A stretch of DNA of 64,000 bases from NCBI GenBank assembly GCA_016927565.1, contig JAFGMK010000008.1, forward strand, positions 1,115 to 65,114, written 5' to 3'. The notes below the pieces were generated by a model that made no database searches, had not been told where the DNA came from, and saw only the letters and a list, made by a program, of their open reading frames with translations. Position numbers and translations under genes: made by a program. The stretch comes from Minisyncoccota bacterium. Lineage in GTDB: Bacteria; Patescibacteriota; Microgenomatia; PFEM01; JAFGMK01. How positions within the stretch are numbered: the stretch's first letter is position 1; each line of letters begins with the position of its first letter. Positions 35,970 to 46,305 of this stretch are shown here, one piece after another.

Positions 35970-37574
35970 TTGTCAAAGGTGTTATTGTTGCCTTTTAAAT
36001 TGAATATCCTGAGATGGGATGGTGTTTTAGTCAAGATCTTGATGCTGGGGTTTCTACTGATATTTATTCTTTTCCCTTCTTCGTTTGTTTTAATTTTTCT
36101 TTTTAAACACAGCCGGGAAGTAGTTGGTTTTTTCTCTGAGTCGTCAAGAATTTTTTTAGTTACCGAGGCGCTGGTTTTTTCTTTAAAAATTGCCCTAACG
36201 GTGGCCTCAGTGGATCTTGTTTTTGGTTTGCCCTTTGCCTGGCTTTTGGCCAAAGAGCGTTTGCCGGCCAGCCGTTTACTGGAAAATATTACCAGCCTGC
36301 CCTTGGCTTTGCCGACCTCAGCGCTGGGTTTTTCCGCCGCTGTTTTTTGGACTTTTTCTAAAATTCCCCTTTCCGCTTTTTGGTTTTTGGTTTTGGTCCA
36401 TCTTTCTTTCACTTTTCCCTTTGTCGTTGGGATTTTGACCCCGGCGCTTAAAAGGGGAACCGGCAGTTTGGAACAGGCGGCAACGATTCTTGGCGCTCCC
36501 AAACTGACCGTTATCAGAACTATTGTCCTGCCCCAAATTAAGCTGGAATTGACAACCGCTGTTTTTTTCTCTTTTGCCCGCTCTTTAAGCGAAACCGGAG
36601 CTACCATTGTCGCTTTGACTGTCTTTGGTTTAAGCCAAGCAACTGCACCGGTATTAATTTCCCAGTTCAGTAATGGCGGGGAGGGTCAAATTTCTTATAA
36701 CGAGCGGTTGCTTTTGGCGGCTCTTATCAGTGGGGTTCTGATCTTAATCAGTCTGACATTGTTCTCGATCGTTCAATTGCTGGTGGGAAAAAGATCCTTG
36801 CCTGTTTTTTCTAAGTTAGTTAGTTTTGAGGCCGGAATGGATTCCGTTTTATTGAAAAGAGTAAAGAATTTTTTTCTTTTCGGATTTCTTGTTTTTATTA
36901 TTCTTATTCCGCCTTTTTTTATTTTGAATCAGGTTTTAAAAGTTCAAACTCTTAACATTCGACTGCTAATGACTTATCTTTTTAATTCACTTTTAATTGC
37001 TTTTTCAACCATTCTTATTAATTTGATAATTGGCACTCCCATGGCTTATTTTTTGGCTCATACCAACTCTCGAAAACTGAAGAGATTGATGAATTTTTTA
37101 GTTGATATTCCTTTGGTAGTGCCGACGGTTGCTCTGGGATTCTCTTTGGCCCTGTATTGGCGAGGCCAAACTTTGATTAGCTCCGATTTGCCGTTGGTTA
37201 TTTTGGCCCATTTGACCTTTACCTACCCGTATGCCGTGCGAACTCTTTGCGATGCTTTTACAGGTCTGAGTCAAGAATTTATTGATGCGGCGCGTAGTTT
37301 CGGAGCCTCGCCGATTATGGTCCTCCGCTCTGTTGTTTTGCCTCTTCTCTCGCCGTCGTTTGCCACGGCAGCGGTGTTGGTAGTTGCCAGATCGTTAGGA
37401 GAGACTGGTGCCACTATGGCAGTTTCTTCCGAAGTGATTACCGCTCCGGTTTACATCGTTGATTTAGTCAATGAATATCAAATTAGGCAAGCCGGGATTG
37501 CTTCGGCTTTGTTAATTACTCTTTCTTTTGGAGTTTTCGCCTTACTTAGAAGATCGGCCTTTGCCCGAAGGTAA
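35970..37574 (+). CDS. Duplicated-domain ABC permease (ModB/CysT/FbpB-like)
   Basis: Two EAA loops (EQAATILGA, DAARSFGA); LPLALPTSALG / IPLVVPTVALG; ARSLxETGAT twice. Confidence 0.88.
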   Translation: MSKVLLLPFKLNILRWDGVLVKILMLGFLLIFILFPSSFVLIFLFKHSREVVGFFSESSRIFLVTEALVFSLKIALTVASVDLVFGLPFAWLLAKERLPASRLLENITSLPLALPTSALGFSAAVFWTFSKIPLSAFWFLVLVHLSFTFPFVVGILTPALKRGTGSLEQAATILGAPKLTVIRTIVLPQIKLELTTAVFFSFARSLSETGATIVALTVFGLSQATAPVLISQFSNGGEGQISYNERLLLAALISGVLILISLTLFSIVQLLVGKRSLPVFSKLVSFEAGMDSVLLKRVKNFFLFGFLVFIILIPPFFILNQVLKVQTLNIRLLMTYLFNSLLIAFSTILINLIIGTPMAYFLAHTNSRKLKRLMNFLVDIPLVVPTVALGFSLALYWRGQTLISSDLPLVILAHLTFTYPYAVRTLCDAFTGLSQEFIDAARSFGASPIMVLRSVVLPLLSPSFATAAVLVVARSLGETGATMAVSSEVITAPVYIVDLVNEYQIRQAGIASALLITLSFGVFALLRRSAFARR

Positions 37575-37576
37575 TC

Positions 37577-38686
37577 ATGGCCAGAATAGTTCTTGAAAAT
37601 ATTAAAAAGGTTTTTAACCAGACTATTGTTGCTCTTGACAACATCAGCCTGAGTATTGAAGATCGGGAATATGTTTCAATTCTCGGTACTAGCGGTTCGG
37701 GAAAGACGACTCTCTTACGAATTATTGCTGGTTTTGAGTCGCCGGAAACGGGAAAAGTTTTTTTTGACGGTCAGGACGTAAGCTTATTCCCCCCAGAGAA
37801 AAGAAATATTGGCTTTGTCTTCCAAGATTTTGCCCTTTTTCCTCATTTATCGGTTTGGGAAAATGTCGCTTATGGCCCGAAAATCAAAGGTCTGGGACGA
37901 GAACAGGTTAATGCTATTGGCCGTCAGACTCTTGAGATTGTTGGACTTTTTTCTCGTAAAGATAGTTTTCCCCACGAGCTTTCCGGAGGCATGAAACAGC
38001 GAGTTGGTTTAGCCAGAGCTATGGCATCGGGGTCTAAAATTTTACTCATGGATGAGCCCTTAGGATCGCTTGATGCCCGTATTAAGCGAACTTTAAAAAC
38101 GGAACTTAGAAACTGGGTTAAGGAGTTAGGCTTAACTGCGATCCATGTTGGTCACAGTCAGCTAGAAGCCATGGAGGTTTCTGATCGTCTCGTTATTATG
38201 GATAAGGGCCGTATTATCCAATCCGGCCCACCGGAAGAAATCTATAAAAACCCCAATAGTATTTTTGTTGCTGATTTCATTAGCGAGTCGAATTTTCTGA
38301 CTGGTACCATTGAGAATATCAAAAATCAGCATCTTACTATTGGCATCTGTCCGGACAGCCGGCTTCAAAGTTTACACAAAAACTTTAAACTCAAACAGAA
38401 AGTGGTTGTTTCTTTTCGTCCTGAGGAAGTCAAAATTCACCAAAGACTTCCGAATGATCCCTGCCTTAAAGGTTCTCTGATAAAAAAAAGATTTCTTCAG
38501 GGAAGGCTTTGCTTCACCGTGCGGCTGGTCAATCAGCAATCTATTACTGTCAGCCTGGCTCCTTCTTCTCATAATTCCGTTTGTAAAGAGGGAGAAGTGC
38601 TTTACATGACTGTTAGCCCAAGCCGAGTTCTGCTCTTTCCATATCCTAAGTCCGGATTAAAACAAGCATTGCGGACTTTTCTGTAG
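37577..38686 (+). CDS. ABC ATP-binding protein (PotA/CysA/FbpC-like, TOBE tail)
   Basis: GTSGSGKTT, VFQDFALFPHL, LSGGMKQRV, MDEPLGSLD. Confidence 0.93.
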   Translation: MARIVLENIKKVFNQTIVALDNISLSIEDREYVSILGTSGSGKTTLLRIIAGFESPETGKVFFDGQDVSLFPPEKRNIGFVFQDFALFPHLSVWENVAYGPKIKGLGREQVNAIGRQTLEIVGLFSRKDSFPHELSGGMKQRVGLARAMASGSKILLMDEPLGSLDARIKRTLKTELRNWVKELGLTAIHVGHSQLEAMEVSDRLVIMDKGRIIQSGPPEEIYKNPNSIFVADFISESNFLTGTIENIKNQHLTIGICPDSRLQSLHKNFKLKQKVVVSFRPEEVKIHQRLPNDPCLKGSLIKKRFLQGRLCFTVRLVNQQSITVSLAPSSHNSVCKEGEVLYMTVSPSRVLLFPYPKSGLKQALRTFL

Positions 38687-38758
38687 GGTAATTCGAATCT
38701 CTTGTTTTACCGGGGATGGGGTCTTTAGCAAGGGGAAGAAAGGGAGTATCATATTTTT

Positions 38759-38993
38759 ATGAGCTGGTATATAGCCGCCGTTCTTCCGGTAGCCACCGGA
38801 TTATCTTGGCTTTTTTACTTTTATGCTTTTAAAGTCGGAGAGGCAAACAGAGCGGTGTCCAATAGATAAATTAAGTTTGATTTTAACAATAACAATTGCC
38901 GGAATTATTTTAAAGGAAAAAATCAATGCCCGGGTAGCTCTTGGATCATTACCGATGACTGTCGGTCCTTTAATTATCGCTTATGCAAAATAA
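38759..38993 (+). pseudogene. EamA/DMT transporter remnant
   Basis: ATGLSWLFYFYAFKVG, then a frameshift to PIDKLSLILTITIAGIILKEK; N-terminal half largely deleted. Confidence 0.7.
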
Positions 38994-39080
38994 AACAAAA
39001 AAGGGCGAAATTTGAGATGTTTCTTATCCCGATCGTTTACCGAAGGCTATCCGAAAAAAGGAGGAATATCTATTAGCCAT

Positions 39081-39124
39081 TTGACAAACGATGAAATTCG
39101 ATGGTATATATGAATATATATTCA
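39081..39124 (+). promoter_or_regulatory. Sigma70 promoter with adjacent palindromic operator
   Basis: TTGACA (39081), TGGTATAT -10 region, then perfect palindrome TGAATATATATTCA (39111-39124). Confidence 0.7.
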
Positions 39125-39158
39125 AAATGTTTACTATAAAGGAGGTAAAAAAGAAAAA

Positions 39159-39497
39159 ATGAAAATAGCCTTAAGTTCTCTGGGAAAAGACATTAATAGT
39201 GATCTTAGTAAAGTCTTCGGCAGGTGTCCCTGTTTTTTTATTATGGAAATTGAAGATAAAAAAGTGAAGGGATTTGAAGCCATTGAAAACACCAGTCAGA
39301 ATCAAATGGGAGGGGCGGGGATTTCTGCCGTCCGAACGATAGCCGGAAAAAATGTCGATGCGGTGATAGCTGGAGCTTTTGGCCCGAGGGCTCTAACAGT
39401 GTTAAAGCAGTTTAATATTGAAGCTTATACCGGCGCCGGTTCAATAAATGAAGTTAGTCAAAAATTTATCCAGGGAAAGCTCAAGAAGATCCAGTAA
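39159..39497 (+). CDS. NifB/NifX-family (FeMo-cofactor-binding-like) protein
   Basis: FGRCPCF, GGAGISA, GAFGPRA. Confidence 0.9.
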   Translation: MKIALSSLGKDINSDLSKVFGRCPCFFIMEIEDKKVKGFEAIENTSQNQMGGAGISAVRTIAGKNVDAVIAGAFGPRALTVLKQFNIEAYTGAGSINEVSQKFIQGKLKKIQ

Positions 39498-39501
39498 ATA
39501 A

Positions 39502-39867
39502 ATGATGCGAGTAGTAATTCCTACCAATGGCCGGAAAGGTTTAGCCGACAAAGTGGCGGAACATTTCGGCAGATGTGCCGCTTATACCTTTCTTGACGGA
39601 AAAGGCAGAGTTGTCGAAATAATAGATAACACCAGCGAACATCTAGGCGGTGAAGGTTTGCCGCCGGAGCTGATGAAAAAACACCAGGCAGATATTCTGT
39701 TATGTAAGGGATTGGGGTCTAGAGCACTAGATTTATGTCAAGAATTAGGCATAGATGTTTATGTCATCAAAGCAGAAACTGTCAGGGAAATATTTACAAT
39801 CTGGAAAAATAACAAAATAGAAAAGGCCGGGTTTAAAGATGTTTGCCAGGAAGACAAACCCGGATAA
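39502..39867 (+). CDS. NifB/NifX-family protein
   Basis: VAEHFGRCAAY, GLGSRA, ELGIDVY. Confidence 0.88.
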   Translation: MMRVVIPTNGRKGLADKVAEHFGRCAAYTFLDGKGRVVEIIDNTSEHLGGEGLPPELMKKHQADILLCKGLGSRALDLCQELGIDVYVIKAETVREIFTIWKNNKIEKAGFKDVCQEDKPG

Positions 39868-39916
39868 AAAAAGCGATGTTGATTTTTACTGATTATAATT
39901 TTTTTCATATAAACCT

Positions 39917-40432
39917 ATGGCTTTAATTCCTTCCCTGGAAAAAAATCAAGTCGGAGAAATTGCCGAAGAGATTTATAAAAAATTTGAAAAAGAAGGCGGG
40001 AAAGTACCGCAGTGGGTAAAAGTAATGGCTCATAACCCAAAAATTTTGAAAGAATTTGTCGAGCTTTTTAAGGCAATCATGGGTGAGGGCAGGATAAAGC
40101 CATATTTAAAATGGAAAATGGCTTATGTTGTTTCCGAAACCCTGAAATGCCGTTTTTGTGTCAGTGTTACTATTATGATGTTAAAAACATTTGGCGCTGA
40201 CGACCGGGTAATTGGGAATATTAAAGAGATGAGAGGTTTGTCAGAAACAGAAAAAGAGATTTTGGAATTAGTAAAAGATGTGACAATAGACGGCCATCTG
40301 GATCAGCCAAAGATTTTTGAGAAATTAAAAGCCAAATTCAATTCTTCTCAAATTGTTGAGCTCGTTTCAGTTATTGGCCTCTTTAATTATATTAATCGTT
40401 TCAATAATACTCTGGTTATTCTGCCCGAATGA
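39917..40432 (+). CDS. AhpD/CMD-family protein
   Basis: VMAHNP, CRFC, IVELVSVIGLFNYINR. Confidence 0.85.
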   Translation: MALIPSLEKNQVGEIAEEIYKKFEKEGGKVPQWVKVMAHNPKILKEFVELFKAIMGEGRIKPYLKWKMAYVVSETLKCRFCVSVTIMMLKTFGADDRVIGNIKEMRGLSETEKEILELVKDVTIDGHLDQPKIFEKLKAKFNSSQIVELVSVIGLFNYINRFNNTLVILPE

Positions 40433-40498
40433 AGATGATTTTAATCCCGACTGAATGAGACGGAGAATCAACGGGGGAAAGGCAGACGGTATTAAATT

Positions 40499-40699
40499 AT
40501 GCCAACCTATACTTTTCGCTGTCCGCAATGTAAAAAAGAGCTGACGGGCATTTTCCCGATGAAAGATTTTGACGGCAAGAAAGTGGTTTGCCCGGAATGC
40601 GGCCGGAAGGGCTTAAAACAAATTTTTAAAAGCCCGTTTTCAATTATTAATAAAAAGCCTGCCTGTCCAACGGGAAACTGTCCTTTGGTCCGAAAATAA
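40499..40699 (+). CDS. FmdB-family zinc-ribbon protein
   Basis: MPTYTFRCPQC...CPECG. Confidence 0.85.
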   Translation: MPTYTFRCPQCKKELTGIFPMKDFDGKKVVCPECGRKGLKQIFKSPFSIINKKPACPTGNCPLVRK

Positions 40700-40768
40700 A
40701 AATTAAAAAATTGCCTTTTAAGCCTTTCCCGATTTTATACGTTAAATAGTTATGATTTTGGATTTAAT

Positions 40769-41632
40769 ATGAAAATTGCTGTAACCGGCGGAAAAGGGGG
40801 GGTCGGAAAATCGATGGTCGCTACCTCTTTGGCGGTTGAATTTGCCAGAAATGATAAAACAATACTGATTGATGCGGATGCAGAATGCCCCAACGACCAT
40901 CTTTTGCTTTCGATAAAAAGAAAAAAATACACTTTCGTTTATCAGCCGATACCGAAATGGAACTTTAACAAATGCGTTAAGTGTGGCAAATGTGCCGCCG
41001 TTTGCAAACAAAACGCGATTGTTTTCGTGAAGAACAAGTATCCGGCTTTTGTGAAAGATATTTGCATTGGTTGCAAGGCCTGCATCGTTGCCTGTCCGGC
41101 CGGGGCGATAACGGCGACGAAGAAAGTAATTGGCACGATCTACACCGGAAGAAACTACGGGATTGATTTAGTTTCGGGAGAGCTTAAATTGGGAGAATTG
41201 GCATCAGGAGAGGTCGTGGCCGAGGTGAGAAAATATGCTGAGGAAATTAACCAGGCGGTAAAGGCAAAAATAACCATTATCGATTCTTCTCCCGGAATCG
41301 GTTGTCCGGTGATTGCTTCTTTGGTCGGGACTGATTATATTGTGGCCGTTACCGAGCCGACTCCTTCGGCTTTGCACGATTTAAAACGGGTTCTTTATTT
41401 AGCCGATCATTTTGGAATAGGCTGCGGAATTGTTATTAATAAGTTTGACCTGGCTAAAAATTTTTACAAAAAAATAGAAAAATTTGCGGAGGAAAGTAAA
41501 ATTGCCGTTATCGGAAAGATTCCTTATCGGAAAGATTTTGTTGAGGCCGCTATTAAAATGAGGCCGGCGTTGGAGATGAATCCCGAACACCGGGGAGTTT
41601 TCAGAAAAATTATTAAAGAAATGAAATCTTAA
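40769..41632 (+). CDS. MinD-superfamily P-loop ATPase with inserted 2x[4Fe-4S] ferredoxin
   Basis: GGKGGVGKS, DADAECPN, CVKCGKC...C, CIGCKACIVACP, DSSPGIGCPV, VTEPTP. Confidence 0.92.
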   Translation: MKIAVTGGKGGVGKSMVATSLAVEFARNDKTILIDADAECPNDHLLLSIKRKKYTFVYQPIPKWNFNKCVKCGKCAAVCKQNAIVFVKNKYPAFVKDICIGCKACIVACPAGAITATKKVIGTIYTGRNYGIDLVSGELKLGELASGEVVAEVRKYAEEINQAVKAKITIIDSSPGIGCPVIASLVGTDYIVAVTEPTPSALHDLKRVLYLADHFGIGCGIVINKFDLAKNFYKKIEKFAEESKIAVIGKIPYRKDFVEAAIKMRPALEMNPEHRGVFRKIIKEMKS

Positions 41633-41638
41633 ACTATT

Positions 41639-42688
41639 ATGAAAGAGAGAATAGCCGCAATTTCAATTGCGGCCAATGTTGTTTTAGCCGGAGGCAAGCT
41701 GGTGGTCGGATCAATTGCCGGTTCCGGCGCTGTTTTTGCCGAAGGTTTGCATTCGGGGATGGATATCTTATCTTCTGCAATCAGTTTTTTTGGCATCAAA
41801 ATTGCTAAAAAACCCGTCGATGAAAAACACCCCTACGGCCATTATAAATTTGAAGTTCTGGCCGGATTGATAATCACGGCAATTTTGTTTTTAACTGGTT
41901 TGTTTATCGCCATTGAAGCAATTCGTGAATTTAGTGATCCTTCTCCGGCGAATATCGGTTGCCTGGCTTTAGGAGTGATGCTGGTCTCAGCGGCGGTCAA
42001 TGAGGCAATGGCCAGATTAAAAATCCACTATGGCAAAAAGGAGAATTCAGTTTCTTTGCTTTCTGACGGAGTGCATTCCAGAGTTGATGTTTATGCTTCA
42101 TTGGCGGTTTTTGCAGGTTTGTTTTTGACCAAGTATTGGTTTTATATTGATTCATTTATGGCTCTGGCAGTCGGCTTTTTTATTATTAAAGAATCTTTTT
42201 CTTTAGGCAAAGAGGCGATTGATTCTTTGCTTGATGTTTCTGCTGGCGACGAGATGGAAAAAAAGATAAAAGCGATTGCCCAGAGTCAGAACATTGAAAT
42301 AGACTCTTTAAAAACCCAGAAAAAAGGTTCAACGGCAACCGCTAATTTAGAAATAAAACTTTCGAGCAGTCTGAGTGTGGAGGAGGCGGCCAGGCTTTCT
42401 GATAGTCTGAGGGAGAAGCTGATAGAAAAAATTGAGAATCTTTCCTATGTGGCTGTTCAAATCAAAAGCCACCAAGTGGAGACGGGGTTTTACAAGCCTG
42501 CTTTCGGTAAGGGTTTCGGTTGGCAAAGACGAGGCAGGTTTAAAGCGAATATCCGGAAAGCAGAAGGCCGGGGACCGGGCGGTGATTGTGTTTGTTTGAA
42601 GTGTGGTTATAAAATTCCTCATCAGAGGGGCACGCCCTGCTCGGCTTTTCAATGCCCGAACTGTAAAATCGATTTAGAAAGAAGATAG
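41639..42688 (+). CDS. Cation diffusion facilitator (FieF-like) with C-terminal Cys-rich extension
   Basis: AEGLHSGMD, HPYGHYKFE, DGVHSRVD; tail GPGGDCVCLKCG...PCSAFQCPNC. Confidence 0.9.
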   Translation: MKERIAAISIAANVVLAGGKLVVGSIAGSGAVFAEGLHSGMDILSSAISFFGIKIAKKPVDEKHPYGHYKFEVLAGLIITAILFLTGLFIAIEAIREFSDPSPANIGCLALGVMLVSAAVNEAMARLKIHYGKKENSVSLLSDGVHSRVDVYASLAVFAGLFLTKYWFYIDSFMALAVGFFIIKESFSLGKEAIDSLLDVSAGDEMEKKIKAIAQSQNIEIDSLKTQKKGSTATANLEIKLSSSLSVEEAARLSDSLREKLIEKIENLSYVAVQIKSHQVETGFYKPAFGKGFGWQRRGRFKANIRKAEGRGPGGDCVCLKCGYKIPHQRGTPCSAFQCPNCKIDLERR

Positions 42689-42716
42689 CCCGGAGATAAA
42701 TTCGCAGTAAATTAAA

Positions 42717-43004
42717 ATGCCCAGACCGAAAATACCCCGCCGTATCCGGTTTAATCCGGATGTCTATTATTTTAAGCCTCAGGGAATTCCTTTGAGGGAA
42801 CTTGAGGAGGTGGTTTTGCTGCCGGATGAGTTGGAGGCTTTGAAATTACACGAGATCGATAGCTTAGAACAAATTGAAGCTTCAAAGGGAATGCAAGTTT
42901 CCCAGCCGACTTTTGCCAGAATCTTGAATAATGCTTATAAAAAAATCGCTCAAGCTCTAATCGAGGGCAAGGCCATCAGAATAGAAGAAAGAAGGTCAAA
43001 GTGA
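42717..43004 (+). CDS. DUF134 HTH protein
   Basis: MPRPK...FKPQGIP...DELEALKL...MQVSQPTFARIL...ALIEGKAIRIE. Confidence 0.92.
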   Translation: MPRPKIPRRIRFNPDVYYFKPQGIPLRELEEVVLLPDELEALKLHEIDSLEQIEASKGMQVSQPTFARILNNAYKKIAQALIEGKAIRIEERRSK

Positions 43005-43237
43005 AGACTGTTTCTTTGGTAAAACTGAATGAGAAGGAAAAGGCAGAAGTTGTCTCTATTCTTGGCGGTCAAATGGCCACTAAAAGATTGGTTGATTTAG
43101 GCTTAACCGCGGGAACCAGGGTAAAAATTTTAAAAAAAGCGCCTCTTTTTGGTCCGGTGGAAATTGAGCTCAGGGGTTCAGCTTTAGTCTTGGGCCAGGG
43201 ATTGGCGGCAAAGATTCTGGTGAGAAGAGGCGAATGA
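43001..43237 (+). CDS. feoA: Ferrous iron transport protein A
   Basis: KRLVDLGLTAG...APLFGPVEIELRG. Confidence 0.92.
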   Translation: MKTVSLVKLNEKEKAEVVSILGGQMATKRLVDLGLTAGTRVKILKKAPLFGPVEIELRGSALVLGQGLAAKILVRRGE

Positions 43238-45165
43238 AAGAAAACAAAGAATTAAATATTGTTTTGGCCGGCAATGCCAATGTGGGTAAATCAGTTATCT
43301 TCAATCATCTCACCGGTCTTCATCAGCATATTGGCAATTGGCCCGGAAAAACGATCGAAAAGGCCGAGGGCACTTTGCATTACCGGGGATATACGATTAA
43401 TGTTCTGGACTTGCCGGGAATTTATTCTTTATCAACATATTCAACTGAAGAGATAATTGCCCGCGACTACATTGCTTCTCAGAAGCCTGATTTTATTATC
43501 AATGTCGTTGATGCGACTCATCTGGAGAGAAATTTAATTTTTACTTGGCAGCTTCTGGAATTGAAAAAACCGATGGTGCTCGCTCTTAATATGGTTAATT
43601 TGTTAAAAGAAAAAGGGATAGAGATTGACATCAAGAAACTGGAAAAAGCCCTGAAGATTCCTGTTGTCCCGACGGCTGCCATTTACGGAAAAGGAATAAC
43701 CGAGATTTTGAACCAGGGGATTAGGTCAATTAAAAGAAAAAGAGCAACTACCGATCCCATAAAATACGGGAAAGAGATGGAAGAAAAGATTGGCTGGTTG
43801 ACCGAAAGGATGGCGGAGATTAGCTCGGTTTATCCTAAAAGATGGTTAGCAATAAAACTTCTGGAAAAAGATAAAATCATCGAAAAATTATTTGAAAAGA
43901 AAAATTCGGAGATTTTGGAGCAAGCCAAAATTTTCCGTTCGGAACTTAAAAAGGTTCACGGACATGATCCGTCAATAATGATTGCTGACGAGAGATGCCA
44001 TTTGGTTTCTCAGGTAGTAAAAGAGGCGGTGCGGGTGACAGAGCCGCAGGCGACTGGACTTAATGAACGGCTGGACAACATAACTTGTCATAAAATTCTA
44101 GGTTTTCCGACCATGATTTTTATCTTGGGTCTGGTTTTTCTGAGCGTTTTTCAATTTGGCAACCGGCTTTCTTATCTGCTTGAAAAGCTTTCTTTTGGCT
44201 GGGAGAAATGGTACGAAGGAATGTTTGGGGTTTCTCTCTGGACTTATCTAGGTTGGTCGGTGGCAGAAAGCGCTTTTGCTTTAATTCAGATTGCCCTGCC
44301 TTATATTTTTCCTTTCTACTTCCTCTTATTTTTTTTAGAAGATTGGGGTTACTTAGCTCGGGTTGCTTTTTTGATGGATAATTTCATGCATAAAGTCGGC
44401 GTTCACGGCAAAGCTTGTATTCCTTTGATGCTCGGGTTTGGTTGTAATGTTCCGGCTTGTCTTGCCTGCCGGATTATGGAAACCCGGAGGGAAAGATTTA
44501 TCACTGGAGTTTTGACTACTTTTATTCCTTGTTCGGCTGTGAGCGTCATCATTATCGGGTTAGTCGGTAAATTTATCGGTTTAAGTTGGGCGTTAGGATT
44601 GTATGGGATAGCTTTTTTAACAATTTTTGTTTTAGGAAAATTGGTTTCTAAAATTTTACCCGGAGAGGCCACTGAACTGATTATGGAAATGCCGGACTAC
44701 AAAATTCCTCACTTTAGGACTGTGATCTTGCAGACCTGGTTTAGGTTAAAAGAATTTATTGTTATTGCCGGTCCTGTGGTAATAATTTCCGGAATAGTTA
44801 TCAGGATGATTCGCTTTACGGACTGGCTGACGGCCGTTGCTGATTGGTTAAGTCCGATTACCGTGAACTGGTTAGGGCTGCCGGCAATTACCGGAGTTTT
44901 ACTTATTTTTGGGATTTTAAGAAAAGAGCTGATTTTGGTGATGTTGGCTGCTTTATTGGGGACCGCTGATTTCTCCCAAATTTTATCCCCCAGACAGATG
45001 GTTACTTTAGCGCTGGTTAGCATGTTTTACTTTCCTTGTCTGGCCACTTTTGCTGCTTTCAGGAAGGAATTCGGTTTAAAAGAGGCGATTGGGGTGGCTT
45101 CTTTTAAGATCATTTTTGCTATAATATACGGCGGTTTGTTTTATCGGTTGGGATTATTATTTTAA
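43234..45165 (+). CDS. feoB: Ferrous iron transport protein B
   Basis: GNANVGKS, GNWPGKT, DLPGIYSL, GYLARVAFLMD, GFGCNVPA. Confidence 0.96.
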   Translation: MKENKELNIVLAGNANVGKSVIFNHLTGLHQHIGNWPGKTIEKAEGTLHYRGYTINVLDLPGIYSLSTYSTEEIIARDYIASQKPDFIINVVDATHLERNLIFTWQLLELKKPMVLALNMVNLLKEKGIEIDIKKLEKALKIPVVPTAAIYGKGITEILNQGIRSIKRKRATTDPIKYGKEMEEKIGWLTERMAEISSVYPKRWLAIKLLEKDKIIEKLFEKKNSEILEQAKIFRSELKKVHGHDPSIMIADERCHLVSQVVKEAVRVTEPQATGLNERLDNITCHKILGFPTMIFILGLVFLSVFQFGNRLSYLLEKLSFGWEKWYEGMFGVSLWTYLGWSVAESAFALIQIALPYIFPFYFLLFFLEDWGYLARVAFLMDNFMHKVGVHGKACIPLMLGFGCNVPACLACRIMETRRERFITGVLTTFIPCSAVSVIIIGLVGKFIGLSWALGLYGIAFLTIFVLGKLVSKILPGEATELIMEMPDYKIPHFRTVILQTWFRLKEFIVIAGPVVIISGIVIRMIRFTDWLTAVADWLSPITVNWLGLPAITGVLLIFGILRKELILVMLAALLGTADFSQILSPRQMVTLALVSMFYFPCLATFAAFRKEFGLKEAIGVASFKIIFAIIYGGLFYRLGLLF

Positions 45166-45186
45166 GTTTCAAAATTAAAGAAGAGT

Positions 45187-46305
45187 GTGAAAAAGGCATT
45201 TTACCTGATCTTATTGTTGTCGGTGACTTTTTTTTCTTTGAATGTTTTCGCTTTTGCCCAGACAGAAACAGCCGATGAACTGTCCCGAGAAGAAACATTT
45301 GAAGCAAGCATAGAGAAAATACTGGAGGAAAAACAAATAAAGTTGCCGGGCTCGGAAGGTTTTCAGCTTTATCAGAAATTGGAGCTTCTGGTTACCAGAG
45401 GTTCATTTAAAGGCCAAAAAATCACGGTCGAAAACGGGGATTTGCCGATGGCCAATCTTGTTAAATACAAAATCGGCGATCGGGTTATGGTCAGTTCCAG
45501 CCGGGATTTTGAAGGCCGCCGCATTTTTTATATTACCGACTTTATCAGACGAAACGTCCTGCTCTGGTTGTTTCTGGTTTTTGTGATCATGGCAGTGGTA
45601 ATTGGCCGGTGGCAGGGGGTGACTTCTCTGGCGGGAATGGCGATTTCTTTTTTGATTATCTTCAAGTTCATTCTGCCTAGAATTTATGCCGGAAGCGATC
45701 CGGTTTTGATTGCTGTTTTGGGTTCGCTGGTGATAATTCCGGCTACTTTTCTTTTATCTCACGGGATAAATAGGAAAACCGGGATTGCCGTTACGGGAAC
45801 GATTATCTCTCTGGTCATTACCGGTGTTTTGGCCGGTTTTTTTGTTAATGCTTCCCGCTTGACCGGCTTTGCCTCCGAGGAAGCTGGTTTTCTTCAAGCT
45901 TACAAACCGGGAGTAATTAACATTAAGGGTCTTCTTTTGGCAGGAATTATTATCGGTGTTTTGGGTGTTTTGGACGATATCACTATTTCCCAATCAGCCA
46001 TTGTTCAGCAGTTGAATATCGCCAATCCGAAACTTAAGCCGGGAGAGCTTTATCAAAGAGCTATGAAGGTTGGTCGGGATCATATTGCCTCAATGGTTAA
46101 TACTTTGATCTTAGTTTATACCGGAGCGGCTTTGCCCCTGCTGCTTCTTTTCCTTGACAGTTCTCACTCCTTTTCAGAAGTAGTTAATTATGAAATAATT
46201 GCTGACGAGGTGGTCAGGACTTTAGTTGGCAGTATCGGTCTGGTTCTGGCTGTTCCGATAACGACCTTAATCGCTGTTTTTGCATTTAATCAAAAAAGGA
46301 GGTGA
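45187..46305 (+). CDS. YibE/F-family membrane protein
   Basis: GIIIGVLGVLDDITISQ, GRDHIASMVNTL, EVVRTLVGSIG. Confidence 0.9.
   Translation: MKKAFYLILLLSVTFFSLNVFAFAQTETADELSREETFEASIEKILEEKQIKLPGSEGFQLYQKLELLVTRGSFKGQKITVENGDLPMANLVKYKIGDRVMVSSSRDFEGRRIFYITDFIRRNVLLWLFLVFVIMAVVIGRWQGVTSLAGMAISFLIIFKFILPRIYAGSDPVLIAVLGSLVIIPATFLLSHGINRKTGIAVTGTIISLVITGVLAGFFVNASRLTGFASEEAGFLQAYKPGVINIKGLLLAGIIIGVLGVLDDITISQSAIVQQLNIANPKLKPGELYQRAMKVGRDHIASMVNTLILVYTGAALPLLLLFLDSSHSFSEVVNYEIIADEVVRTLVGSIGLVLAVPITTLIAVFAFNQKRR

Noticed and set aside
35945-36607. 220-aa minus-strand ORF and the many other short overlapping ORFs in the track
   Set aside because: Antisense or out-of-frame shadows of well-supported genes, with no motifs
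39159-39867. Nitrogen fixation genes
   Set aside because: NifX-like domains are common in non-diazotrophs; no nifHDK in the window
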